From Macrostomum lignano (taxonomy: Eukaryota), in NCBI GenBank assembly GCA_002269645.1, contig NIVC01000173.1, positions 372,001 to 436,000 of the forward strand: 64,000 nt of DNA, read 5' to 3'. Of the stretch, positions 23,147-35,313 are shown piece by piece. Below the pieces are notes generated by a model. That model saw nothing but the letters and a program-made list of their open reading frames with translations, was not told the origin of the DNA and did not search any database. Within the stretch, counting starts at the first letter, position 1. Every line of letters begins with the position of its first letter. Position numbers and translations under genes: made by a program.

Positions 23147-25180
23147 CTGTTGCTGCTTCTTCTTCTGGTACCAGGCGCGGCCGGTTCGCGATGCCGATAT
23201 GGCCGGGGGCTAGGTCCGCCCCATACTGCGGAGAAGTCCGATGAGCGCGGCTGGGGACCCTAATAGATCCCCAGTCGGCGTGCCGTAGAAGGCTCTCGGG
23301 CCGTCACCTCAGGGGCAGCGGAAGAGCATATTGGTCGACGGTATCCTCCATGCTACAGTCAGGGCAGAGGGGGGACGCGTCGATGCCCATGCGGTGACGG
23401 GTGCTGCAGTTGATAGTACTGAGCCCCCGCTCAGAGCTGGTTGACAACAACCTGTTCGCGTCGTGGCAGGTCTTTCAGGGCTAGTGAAGCTGGTGTCCAA
23501 CGCGCGCCTGCAGCGGTGGGTAACTGCCGCCTTGGCGGCGTTGATTTAAATTTTGGTCTGGCTCTGTTCGAGGGTGGCGACTCTGCTGGCGGCCTGGTCC
23601 GCTGCCTCGTTGCCGGTCCGTTGTGGGCCGGGACCCAGTAGAAGCTAATCTTAGTGCCGGAGACCTCTGAAGATCGAGGATGAGGTTCCAGCACTCGGCG
23701 GAAACGGAGTCTTCTTGGGAGAGTGACCCGCTGCTCAGGGCAGTAAGACTTTGCGTTGCGATGGTGAGGTCGGGTAGGGAGCTGCGCTGGCCGAGGCGGA
23801 GCCCTTCCCGAATCGAGGTGAGCTCCACCGTGAAGCTACTGCAGTAAACGCCGGCCGCTGCGGGGTGCTCGGTTCTGGTCGGCTCCCACTGCGCGATGGC
23901 CGCTCCTCCACCGCGGCGGCAGCCGTCCTGGACTGAGCCGTCCGTTCAGATGGTCGAGCGAAGTTCGGCCAGTTGGTCCATGACGGGCTTGGCTGCCGCC
24001 GCTCTGGCTTCCGCTGCCATGAGGCGGTTTTTAGCGGTACTGAGTGAGATGTTGAAGGATACTTCGGTGCTAGACCGAGAGGCGCTGCGGCTCTCGGGAG
24101 CTTGTCCGGATCTTTCGCACGACGGAGCTCCCATGCGGTGCGTCGCCAGCAGCCGTGGAAGGCTCTGGTCTCGGTGGATAAGTCGGGGGCCACCTCATCG
24201 GGGATGGGGCCATTGTTGCTGTCGTCCGGCTGTTGGAGGCGGTGCGGCGCTTCGAACGCGCGGTTTTTGAGGTGAGGCTGCTGGGTGGTGGCCGTGATCT
24301 GCTGGAATGGGCAGTCCATCCTCTCCCGGAGGTTTCAGGCCCGCTCTACGGAAATATATGGCGCGCGTGGGCAGGACGCAGCCGGTGATGAGGCGAGCCC
24401 CGGCGTGTTGCTGTTGCTGCCTTTCCACCATCAGGCTGGTACTAGGAGCGGCACAGCTATACCATATGGCGCAGCCGTAGTCGGCTATAGAGCAGCAGGT
24501 TGCAATGCAGGCGGCTCGAAGAATCGATTGGTCGGCGCCGCTCTGCCGGTCGGCGAGCCTCTGGAGTGGCCTGCGGCGAGCTGCCATGCGGGCGTCTGAA
24601 GTCTTTAGCGTGTTCGCTGAACCCCAGGTGGTCGTCCAGCTTGACGCGAAGGAAGACCTAGTTCTGCTATAGCCGGAGCTGGGCTCCGCCAATGATGAGC
24701 GTGCGTGACCTGGGCTTTGCCGCGGTTCTCGGCTGGGTTGAGGGTGAACGTCCAGAAGCTGCACTTTCCGATGTTGAGCTCAACCTTCCAGTGATGACGC
24801 CGGCTGGAGGATTTTGGCGCATTCTCTGAGGTTCGAGTGGGAGGCTAGAAGAGTGCTATCGGCGGTGTAAAGGCTGGCGTTGGTAATGGCGTTGGCAGGT
24901 CGTTGCTGTACACCAGACACAGCAGAGGGCTAGCACCGAGCCCTGGGGCAGGCCCTCGCGGAAGGTCCGTTCTCTGCTGTGTCTGTTGCCGACTCGCACT
25001 ATAGCCCGACGATCCGCGAGGAAACTGTTTATCCACCGGCAGACGCAGGCGGGCACTCCCAGATCCCGTAGCTTCCAGATCAGCTCCTTTTGCCAGCCCT
25101 AATCGTGACGCGGCAGAAGTCGAGCATTCACAGAATGGAGCGAAGGGCCGGATTGGCTTCCGGCCTGCTGCACGATCCTG
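23147..25180 (-). mobile_element. 5'-truncated, decayed Ingi/I-like LINE (A1): RT, RNase H, Cys knuckle, (AAG)(CAG) tail
   Basis: RT GLPQGSVL; KNRAF linker shared with the element at 52.5-57 kb; RNH TDGS/VEL/WVPAH/GNEAAD; LCPDC knuckle; stop at 23212-23210; many frameshifts. Confidence 0.85.
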
Positions 25181-25929
25181 GCATGCATTCTGGGGTTGCG
25201 TACATCATGTGGCTGCTGCTGATACAGGTTCCCCACCAGCTGCTCAAACTCTTCCTGCAGGTCCTCCAGGTAAGGTATCAAAACCTTTTTACGTACAGAA
25301 GCCAAAAAGGGCAGGCATACAGAAGCTGGAGTTGAGGTATATGCGTGACACAACGCTCATTTTCAGTGCTCTAATTGCACTCTAACTAGCCTACTGAGTT
25401 AGTAGTAAGTTAAGCGCCAGCTATTTTACCCTTCTACAACTCACGTGACGCGGTTGTGGTGCAACAGTCGCGCCTCTCCGGTGCATTTGACGCGTTTGAG
25501 TTGTTAAAAAGTCACGAGAGTCTTGTCACGGTATCTTTTTCAACGAGTGATTTATAACTAACCCAGGGACTGTTTCATACTATGCTAAAATTTTTTGATA
25601 CACGCGCACCTATTCAATTTTTCAGTGCATATTCGTTCGTGCAGCATAGCTTGCATGTATTTCAAAAAAGATTTTGAAGAGCAAAGTCCAGTAGAATAGA
25701 TTAACAGCAAAGTTACACCTATATAACCAATAAATTCAGGTTGTAAAATTGCGCAGGAAACGATTCATGCGCAAGTGCAAAGTCTATGGCGATATACTGT
25801 TGACTACAGATACGCGCAGCTGCCAACTGTACTTTGACCCCATACAAATGTGAAAATGAAATGTTTTCCGGTAACGCTTGAACTTGTTTACGCTTTTCTG
25901 TAATTTATTGCAATTGTACTTAAATGGTA

Positions 25930-27210
25930 GCTGATCCAGGCTGCGTCAGATGGCGCGCCGCAGAGCCTGAGAGCGGCCGAAGTCCGCCCAGTTGGCAGTG
26001 TCGGGGGCGCCCCAGCGTCGCGTAGGAGGCAGTTCACGTATCGACGGGTTCGGGCCTGACCCCGCCTGAACGGGCCCTGCAAGGTGAGCAGCAGGACGTC
26101 CTGAACAGGTTGGGGGCAGCAGCCCTCGGCCCGGATCACGCGGTGGCCCGCCAGTTGAAGTTGCCGCCAGCGCAGGATGATGGACGGGCGCTGCAGCTTG
26201 GCCCGATCGTACAGGGCCTCGCAGCGGCTCTAATGGCGGTGTTGGTGTCGCAATAATGATGTCGGATGCTAGTCTTCAAGCGCGCCGACGAAGGCGCCCG
26301 CGAATTGAAGCTTCACGTGGCTGTCCAACAAACCGCGATAGTAGCGCCGTGGCGGTCGGCGGTCGGTAGAGCTGGTCATGGAGCTGCAAGTCGCCGAGCA
26401 GAAGTCGGATGGTCTGACCGGAGAGCCAGCAGAGCCATGGTGTCGGAGTTGGTCGCTCGCGAGTGCGAACCAGCGCATGATCGAGTTGCGCCAGTCTCCT
26501 CGTAGCGTTCCGCCTGCATGCATTCCACCGCTTTCTCTTGCAGCCCGCAAAGGTGACCAGGCGGGCAGGGAGCTTACGGAACTGGGTGCTGGCGGACACC
26601 AGGTCCAGCCAGTCAAGCAGGTCCTCCAGCGCATCGGTGCTGGCGTTCTCGCGTCCCGCGACAAATGGCGAGCGCTCGGACCTCCGCGTTGTGCGTTCAG
26701 GTCTTCGAGAAACGCCAGCGTGTCGCGATTTGGCACCTCTTCCAGCTGCCCAGCCAGGAAGTCGAAGAAGGCACGAGCCTCCTCGGGGTGAGCAGTGGTG
26801 GGTGCATACGCGCAGAACAGCCGGATGCAGCGGGCGCGCAGGGATAGCGAAGTGTGAAGTGCAGTGCACTCTCTGCCGAAGGCGCGGTCCGATCAGCACG
26901 CCGACACCGCCCCGGCCGCGGTCGTCTGCCGACGTGTACAGGAAGCTCCAGCCGGCTCCGAGGTCCTCAGAGTGGAGCCCCGGCTCAGCCACGATAGAAA
27001 CGAAACCTCCTGCCAGCTTGTCAAGGATGATGCGACGCAAGGGGGCCTTCATAATTTCGGCTATTCTTTATGCCTAGTCTGAGACGGCCACCTGGTACAG
27101 CTGGGGCCAGATGGAGGTTGGCCTCGTGGTCCCCGGCGCCACCCGGCGGATCCATAGTTGGAATAGCAGGGACTGGGGACAACAGGCGCCTGGTGATCTG
27201 GCTCTGCAAA
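25930..27210 (-). mobile_element. RTE-like non-LTR retrotransposon with internal deletion of RT
   Basis: APE motifs (RGRGGVGVLI, VYAPT, DLNA, QLDHAL, SDHRLL) join directly to the C-terminal block ALYDRAKLQRPSIILRWRQLQLAGH, near-identical to 36470-36740. Confidence 0.8.
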
Positions 27211-27839
27211 TATAATGGCTAATGGGAATAATGACATAACTGTATCAAAGCTGCTGCAATTAACCATTTATCCTTAAACAAATAATTTAGAACGTTTCTC
27301 AAGCATAGACAAGTTTTGTTAAAAGTTCTTGTAAAATTCTTCTGTTAGATTTCATGAGTGACATATTGTGTTATACACCAGTTAGTGACCTCTACTATTT
27401 CAGGTGAAGTCCTGTTTTTTTTTAATTGCATGCGGGTGAAAATTGTACACGGTAGAAATCTTTATTATCAGCGGTGTAGATACTATTAAGAAGCGCAAGT
27501 GAAAAGTTTGCTAGTTATGTAAGGTTGAAGTGCTGCTCTACTTTAAGCTACGCCAATTTTAAATTAACGTACGTTTAACTTGTCCTTAAAACCAGCCTAT
27601 TTTCCCAAGCAAGGACCATTTGCTTGTTATTAAAGCGCACTTTTAAGCTCGTTGAGGGGAGGGGTTAAATGGAAATGAGAATATCACTCGTATATGGCCA
27701 TACATTGTAGACAGTATGGACCGGGGGGGGCAAGGGGGCATGTCCCCCCTCCCAGTGAAGGCTATGAGGGGACATTCCAACGTTTTTGTTTCCTCCCGCC
27801 CCACCTTGTGAACCGTTATGGAAATCAATCATTTTGCTT

Positions 27840-28675
27840 CAGGGCGCCAAAATGAGTGCCTATCTGTTGCGCGAAAATGAGTGCCTGACTGCGGCGCCAA
27901 AATAAGTGCCTGTGGCGCCAAGGTGAGTGCCTGTCTGCGGCGCCAAAACAAGTGCCTGTGGCGCTAAAACAAGTGCCTGTGGCTGCAAAAAGAGTTCCTG
28001 CCTGTGGCGCCAAAACAAGTGCCTGTGGCGCCAAAATGAGTGCCTGTGGCGCCAAAATGAGTGCCTGTGGCGCCAAAATGAGTGCCTGCCTGTGGCGCCA
28101 AAATGAGTGCCTGCCAGCGGCGCCAAAAAAGTGCCTGTGGCGCCAAAAAAAGTGCCTGTGGCGCCAAAACAAGTGCCTGTGGCGCCAAAATGAGTGCCTG
28201 TGGCGCCAAAATGAGTGCCTGCCTGTGGCGCCAAAATGAGTGCCTGCCTGTGGCGCCAAAATGAGTGCCTGCCAGCGGCGCCAAAACAAGTGCCTGTGGC
28301 GCCAAAATGAGTGCCTGCCAGCGGCGCCAAAACAAGTGCCTGTGGCGCCAAAATGAGTGCCTGCCTGTGGCGCCAAAATGAGTGCCTGCCTGTGGCGCCA
28401 AAATGAGTGCCTGCCTGTGGCGCCAAAATGAGTGCCTGCCTGTGGCGCCAAAATGAGTGCCTGCCTGTGGCGCCAAAATGAGTGCCTGCCTGTGGCGCCA
28501 AAATGAGTGCCTGCCTGTGGCGCCAAAATGAGTGCCTCCCTGTGGCGCCAAAATGAGTGCCTGCCTGTGGCGCCAAAATGAGTGCCTGCCTGTGGCTCCA
28601 AAATGAGTGCCTGCCAGCGGCGCCAAAACAAGTGCCTGTGGCGCCAAAATGAGTGCCTGCCTGTGGCGCCAAAAT
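27840..28675 (+). repeat. 17/21-bp composite minisatellite (TGTGGCGCCAAAATGAGTGCC[TGCC])n
   Basis: About 40 units, each with the palindrome GGCGCC. Confidence 0.95.
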
Positions 28676-28977
28676 CACCGCTATTTGTTGCTAAAAACGC
28701 CGACTCCCAAAATAATTTAAGAAATTTCTCGTGTAGAATTCTTAGCTCTGTCTTTTGTAATGGCCATAGACAGTTTGCCGATTAACTGAAATTGACATTG
28801 CATGCCCTCTACGCTGCAGTGTATAACCCCTGCACAAGCCTGCTAGCATTCAGGCGCACGCACCGCAGGCGTGATAGTTGACAGCTTTTAATCAGATTTG
28901 AATTTGTCCGCCCCAATCTAAATGTATGAGTAGCAGACATGTGCATTGACGCTATTTTTATAGTCACACAAATTTCT

Positions 28978-28984
28978 TATAAAA
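28978..28984 (+). promoter_or_regulatory. Candidate TATA box for the peptide gene
   Basis: TATAAAA about 25-30 nt upstream of a TCAT initiator-like motif and 68 nt upstream of the ATG. Confidence 0.45.
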
Positions 28985-29051
28985 CCGAAAGCAACCTCTC
29001 GCTCATAGATAAAATACGTCTGTAAAGTTTTTGTTTGAATTGACACAAAAA

Positions 29052-29300
29052 ATGAAACTTAAAATCTTTCTAATAGTTGGCTGTCTTGTTGCCATCTGCT
29101 GTCAGCCAGTCACTGTGGATTGCCGACCAGCTTCTGTCAATCGTCGGAATGTTCGCCACGAGGCGTCGTCTTCAGCTGCAACCGCGGAGCTCCTGCCGCG
29201 ACAGCGCCGAGGCGCCGAGATTCAAATCCTGCAGGCGATGCTGTGCAAATATTATCGCCGAGAGAGACTAAAACTGCCAAAATCCTGCAAGTCTGACTAA
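29052..29300 (+). CDS. Secreted prepropeptide, 82 aa, single exon, family unknown
   Basis: aaaATG; signal peptide MKLKIFLIVGCLVAICCQPVTVDC; propeptide ending in the furin site RQRR; 29-aa mature peptide with 2 Cys; GC-rich island within AT-rich flanks. Confidence 0.8.
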   Translation: MKLKIFLIVGCLVAICCQPVTVDCRPASVNRRNVRHEASSSAATAELLPRQRRGAEIQILQAMLCKYYRRERLKLPKSCKSD

Positions 29301-29852
29301 TTGCAATCATGGGAATACTGATTTATGTTCGACTTTCACTGATTTCGATTTCGTAGTTTAAGGCTACCCGTGTAATAACAATTAAGGGCAAGCATTATTG
29401 CTAAGATCTAGGTAACAAGTACACATATAGTAGTATAATCCAACAGTTTAAATTTTAACAAAATTTTGAACAAAACTTGATTAAATTCAGCTGCACTCGA
29501 AATATTCGTAATCGTCAGCACTTGAGAGCTGACGCAAATCCACGTATTTATTAACTTTTTTGTTTAAAATTTTATCTAAATAAACTTCAAGATGAATAGC
29601 GCTCATCTGCCTTCAGATAATTTATCAGTAGCAAAATTTGCATTTCTCATTATTTCTATTTTCTGTATACTATAATGTTTGAAAACTTTTTTTACAAAAC
29701 TTTTATTTCAATGCTTTGCTTGTGTTTGAGCAATAGACCATTTAAGACAGTGTTTGCTGTTTCTTCTAAAAGCGAATTTCCAGCTTTTTGGTGTTGAGCA
29801 TGCGCTGCACAATTGGTAGCCCATAGAAGCAATTACCTGGTCGAGAAATTTA

Positions 29853-29853
29853 C

Positions 29854-29915
<62 letters not shown>

Positions 29916-29936
29916 TGGCGGACAGACAGACAGACA
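29853..29936 (+). repeat. (CAGA)n microsatellite
   Basis: Direct reading. Confidence 0.95.
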
Positions 29937-30151
29937 GTAACAAACAGTTACTTAGTTAGCTAGTTAGTTAGTTAGTAGATAGCGAGAAAGAGCGAGCGAA
30001 GCGAGCTCTTTCGAGCTTGCTTGCCGCAGCCAATCAAGCTGAAAGCACGCACACAAGATCACCGGAAACGATTAAGGCAGCTGGAAAGCCAATGGGCGCG
30101 GTAAGCGCTTTTATCCAGAGGAACTACCTGCTGGAACCAGCCATGCCGTAC

Positions 30152-30588
<437 letters not shown>

Positions 30589-30859
30589 TAGTTCAAGGTG
30601 ACAGTTGTTCCGCAGACAGCAAGTAGGCAAGCAGCCATACTCGTACCACCTTTGCTATCCCTTGAGCTGGCACACGCGCATGGATGCGTCATGGACAACT
30701 ACTTACGTACTTTCGTCCTTTAGTAGTTGACCATGGATAAAAAGGCACGTACAAGGGCTCACAAATGGTAAACAGCGGCCCCGCCGTTCTTATCGTCAGG
30801 AATTTACACCCTCTTGCACCAGCGGGTCGGGCCCGCATGAGTCAGAAGCCAATTTGAAA

Positions 30860-30965
30860 GCATGGGCCCCAAATTAGAGGCCACGGAATCGAACCCCGGG
30901 CAACATTGGCACGAGAGTCGGGCGTGCAAACCGCTGAGCAACACCTTCGCACGGTGAGAGCGGCT
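30860..30965 (-). mobile_element. tRNA-derived SINE head, related in layout to the SINE at 56352
   Basis: A-box-like TGCTCAGCGG and B-box GGTTCGATTCC followed by TAATTTGGG, as in the 56352 element. Confidence 0.45.
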
Positions 30966-31026
30966 GACTGCATAGAATTCTTGATCTTTATGAGCAGAAG
31001 ACGTTCGCAATAGCAGGGTCTCCACC

Positions 31027-31420
31027 GCATGAGAATGAGCTGGCATGAGAATGAGCTGGCATGAGAATGAGCTGGCATGAGAATGAGCTGGCATGAGAAT
31101 GAGCTGGCATGAGAATGAGCTGGCATGAGAATGAGCTGGCATGAGAATGAGCTGGCATGAGAATGAGCTGGCATGAGAATGAGCTGGCATGAGAATGAGC
31201 TGGCATGAGAATGAGCTGGCATGAGAATGAGCTGGCATGAGAATGAGCTGGCATGAGAATGAGCTGGCATGAGAATGAGCTGGCATGAGAATGAGCTGGC
31301 ATGAGAATGAGCTGGCATGAGAATGAGCTGGCATGAGAATGAGCTGGCATGAGAATGAGCTGGCATGAGAATGAGCTGGCATGAGAATGAGCTGGCATGA
31401 GAATGAGCTGGCATGAGAAT
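31027..31420 (+). repeat. 16-bp minisatellite (GCATGAGAATGAGCTG)n
   Basis: About 24 nearly perfect units. Confidence 0.97.
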
Positions 31421-31424
31421 GAGA

Positions 31425-31730
31425 ACTTGGAACTGGACTCATTTGAGAACTCGTGCGTGATGTTGAGCCTCCTCGACTCGATGACGCTGTCGATGTCGAC
31501 CGCCTTCCACACCTCGGCGCCGGCCTCGGATCCCAGCGACCCCCACGCGTGACTCCTGGGTGTGACGCGTGAACCAGCAGCTGAGCAGGCAGTCTTGGAT
31601 GGAGGCTGAGCTGGACTCGCTGATGATGAGGCTGCTGACGGTCTGGTCGAGCGGGACTGGGCCGGAGGAGTTGATGAAGCGGCTCCAGCTGGCGAGCGCC
31701 TGCGTGGTGAGGGAGGCTGGGGTTGCCCTA
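31425..31730 (-). pseudogene. Exon-like remnant, possibly a secreted PAN-like protein (…IISESSSASIQDCLLSCWF…)
   Basis: GC-rich block after a ctag acceptor; frameshift near 31560; S-x-x-D-C-x-x-x-C resembles the second domain of the neighbouring lectins. Confidence 0.3.
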
Positions 31731-32594
31731 GGCGTATTTATACAGAAAAAGTAAGCATTGAGCCCCTTGCCCTCAATTTTACCCCTATAAACAAATACAA
31801 ATTATAACTAACCAAATCGTCATTTAAAGTAGTGGATAATAAAGAAATAATTAAACGCAATGCTCAAATAGTTGACGATTTTGCATAATCGGGAACCCAT
31901 ATATCTTTTGCCAACTGTAGCTAGCAGGGAAGAAGACTTTCACTAAAAAAAGGGATGTGAACTGAACATCATATAAACGGAAGTGACACAGAGGATTTAT
32001 GCCATAATGCTATAGTTTACCTTTTTGACAGTATAGAAATACAATACATGGTGCAGAGTTTCGCTGCTTCCAGAGCATCTAAACAAATTTACACAGTGCG
32101 GACACCTGAGATGTGAGGCACAGCTAATAGCTATATGCAGTTAGAGGAGTTGAAGGTACATGTATGAAAAACGCCTTTTTAAATTTTTGTCAAGCTTAAA
32201 CTGCTTCCCAAAGTATAGAAACCAAAAGCAGAAAAAATCGATGCAGCTAAAGGTGTAACGAAAAGAGCCCGAGAGGAAAGTCTGATAAAATGGAAATTCC
32301 CAGTTACAAGCACAGAGGCCTGCAGCAGAATAAATAATTCAGTGAATTAAACAATACCCTCGAGACAAAGCATCGCTTCAAATCTATCCAAATTAAGGCA
32401 TTTAAATTATTTACATTGCATTCCATGCTCACTTTATTAACATGTGCTCAGTTTCTCACCGTCTATAGGCACGCATGAGCACCAAGGAGAGAGAGAGCTT
32501 GCAAAGCAACAGCATAAATACGAACAGCTTGAATCCAGCGAGACTGTTGCTGCAACACGAGTTGAAATTTCGATACAGCAGCTTCTCATTGAGA

Positions 32595-33359
32595 ATGCTT
32601 CTCTTGAAAATTGCATGCTTAACTGATGACATCTTGCTGCATCTTCTGCTGGCGAGCATGCAGCTGCTGGCGGTGCGGGTCCTGGCGTGCCCAGCACCGT
32701 TCCTCACCGAAGCCACCAAGTGCGTGTTCGTGCAGAAGGCGCAGAGCTACAGTTGGTGCGACTCCAATCGGCAGTGCGCATCGATTGGAGGCGAGCTTAT
32801 CAACTCGTACAGCTCGCTGAAACTTCTCAACAACATGTCAAGCGTTGATTACCGCTACAACTTGTGGCTTGGAGTGACCGACTTGGCTGATGAGAGGAAT
32901 TTGAGCAGGACTGGCTGGCAACTTGTCAATGGCCGTGGAGTCCTACCTCTGGACAATGCCCTGTGGTACAGCCATCAGCCCAGTAACGTAATCGGAGTGC
33001 AAGACTGCATTGTGCAGATTGCCGACCGCAGCTCCATTGGAGATGACGAATGCAGCAAGCAATTCGGATTCGTGTGCGAATGGACCGCCTCTCCGTCCGG
33101 GCCGCTCGCCATCGCCGTGTGGAAGCGAGATCCGTTCAAGCGCACCAGCTACAACCCCAGCTCTGACTATTGCCACACTGACCTGCTGCAGGTGAAGAGC
33201 CTCATCGATTGCATGGCGGCTGCGATGCGTTCTGGAAACAGCAAAACCGTTCTCTACAACTCTAAACTGAGACAGTGCCGTCTGCTGCAGTTCACCGACG
33301 CTCAGGTCGAAGAGGCGATCGAGACGAGCGCCGACTGGGTCAAGTACAGCATCTTCTGA
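32595..33359 (+). CDS. C-type lectin domain plus PAN/apple-like domain secreted protein, copy 1 (start uncertain: 32475, 32595 or 32658)
   Basis: CTLD motifs (CVFV, WCDSNRQCASIGGEL, LWLG, DC...C...FGFVCE) followed by SLIDC...YNSKLRQCRL; intronless; signal-like N-terminus. Confidence 0.85.
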   Translation: MLLLKIACLTDDILLHLLLASMQLLAVRVLACPAPFLTEATKCVFVQKAQSYSWCDSNRQCASIGGELINSYSSLKLLNNMSSVDYRYNLWLGVTDLADERNLSRTGWQLVNGRGVLPLDNALWYSHQPSNVIGVQDCIVQIADRSSIGDDECSKQFGFVCEWTASPSGPLAIAVWKRDPFKRTSYNPSSDYCHTDLLQVKSLIDCMAAAMRSGNSKTVLYNSKLRQCRLLQFTDAQVEEAIETSADWVKYSIF

Positions 33360-33807
33360 TGAGCAGCTCAGTGCACCAGCGCTAATTCGATTGTTGATAT
33401 TTTCGATAATGTGAGAAAGCTGAAGAACTTTAAACTTTGTAGGATGAAACATTTCTCCTAGAGTCTGTCCTTGTTTTACACTTTTAGAACAAAGTTCATA
33501 ACAGTACCGACGTGTAACTATCATTGTTACTTAATTTCTATTATCTTTTTTATTGGTCAATTTTCAATGTTTCTTGATTACAGGAATATAAGAATCGTCA
33601 TTTAAAATGTTTTTAATCCTTCTTATAGACAGTATAAGTGTTTTATGAAGTTCTTGTTATTTCCTTTGAACATTTAACCGGAGAGTCTCTCCCCGTTTCT
33701 TAAATTTAAATTGATTTTATCAAGTTTACAGTAAATTTTTCTGATACCCGGGTATCATTGTTTTTAACCTGTCTTTTTCTTCACTTTCTCTGCATGCTAA
33801 CCTGACG

Positions 33808-33868
33808 CTCGGGTCGAAGAGGCTATGTAGAGGGATGACGCCGTCTGGGTTAAGTACAGCATAATCTA
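33808..33868 (+). pseudogene. 3'-end remnant of a third lectin paralog
   Basis: TGACGCTCGGGTCGAAGAGGC...TGGGTTAAGTACAGCAT aligns to the last 20 codons of both lectin genes. Confidence 0.6.
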
Positions 33869-34120
33869 CGCTCGTAGTTTTAATACACGTACAGCGTGAT
33901 CGTCATGAAGATGCTTGTTTATCTTTCAATTGGTTAGTTTTTGTGTAAACGTTGTAAAATTCTTTTGTGTCAGTCATGACGTCTTGTTGGCATTATTATG
34001 TACGACATTATTTTATATTAACAACAGTGAGCTAAATTTTGCTGTTGTGTCGGATTATATGAATAATAACTACGCTAACTGTATTATGGCTTGCTAGTAG
34101 ACACTTATATAAGACAATTT

Positions 34121-34410
34121 TGTGGTTAGAGCGTCGGACTCACGAATTGAAGGTCGGGGGTTCGATTCCCGATCCCACTGGAGCAATTTGTGTCCTTGAG
34201 CAAGACCTTAACTCTGCATTGCTTCAGTTCACCCAGCTGTAAAATGGGTGCCAGCATTAGCTGGGGTAATTGAGGCTAAGCGTGGCGACCCCCCCCCCCA
34301 GTCCTTGGACTGAACAGCCGTACGCAGCCTTCAGATGCGCCGCGCGATAGCTGCGGCTGAGCTGTCGGTTGCACATCTGGCCATTAGGACAGGTGTCATC
34401 AATTATTATT
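34121..34410 (+). mobile_element. tRNA-headed CORE-type SINE, copy 1
   Basis: A/B boxes (TGTGGTTAGAGC; GGTTCGATTCC), then TGTGTCCTTGAGCAAGACCTTAAC...CAGTT...CTGTAAAATGGG matching the MIR/CORE consensus. Confidence 0.8.
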
Positions 34411-35313
34411 ACACTTCATAAATTAATCTGTGTAATCTTCAATAAAGGTCTCAATGCCTCTATTGAAGTTTAGGTTAGATCTAAACTCATTCCCCATAAA
34501 AAATGTCCCCCACACTAAACCCCCCATGTACTACATTAGCAGCCCATGCGTATGTGTAAGAAATCATCTATTATATTTTCATTTATTGTGCTTGTGGTAG
34601 TTCAACTAAAACTGGCAAACATTCTGCTATAGACACTTCTCATACATTTCAATTCAGCGAAACATGAGCACTCTTCGATTTTTGTCGATAATTTTACTCT
34701 ACAAAACTGCATGCAAACTGAGTAAACAGCTGCAGTTTGAGTGGCTACTCCCTTCTGAATAAATCGATCGCTATGCTGACATTTCCGAAGCTGGTGATAA
34801 ACAGTAAATGAGAGTACAGGAGTGTAGTCCCTGGTGCTGGCGCCCCTTGGTGCTGGCTCCTTGTTGCCTGCCATGGAATCTATAACAAGGCACATTGTTT
34901 TCCAACTTATCTCAGCTACTTGCAATTTTGCAGCGTCTCAACTGCAACTGTAGCAAGCGTGTCAATACTGGAATTCTTCTGAATTCAGAATTCTTCGTCA
35001 AACACAGGAAATGCGTATTGAATTTCTGCTAGCTTATTGATTGCAGCCTCTGCTAAAAGCAAATACTGTAAAAATCACCTGAGAAACCGAAGCTAAACAA
35101 CAAATGTTTCGACACTGCAGCCTGAAAACCATGAATCATACAGCAAACATGCTTCACGGATGCTCTACAAAGTCTGTATGGAAAGAGGCGGATGGAGACA
35201 ATACGTGAGCCAATAGGCAGCTCTAGATGAGAACTGTCAAATATATAAACCATCCCAGCAACAGTCGTGTGTGCCCCAAGCCGAAGCCTAAAGGGTCTCC
35301 AATAATTGTTGAC

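Noticed and set aside
22413-24000. LINE with two tandem RNase H domains
   Set aside because: Each RNH is followed by its own C-terminal motif, stop and simple-repeat tail, so these are two elements in tandem. The same applies to 51700-56367.
34121-34200. tRNA genes (also 48675, 56352, 30960)
   Set aside because: A/B boxes are present but there is no complete cloverleaf, and they continue into SINE bodies.
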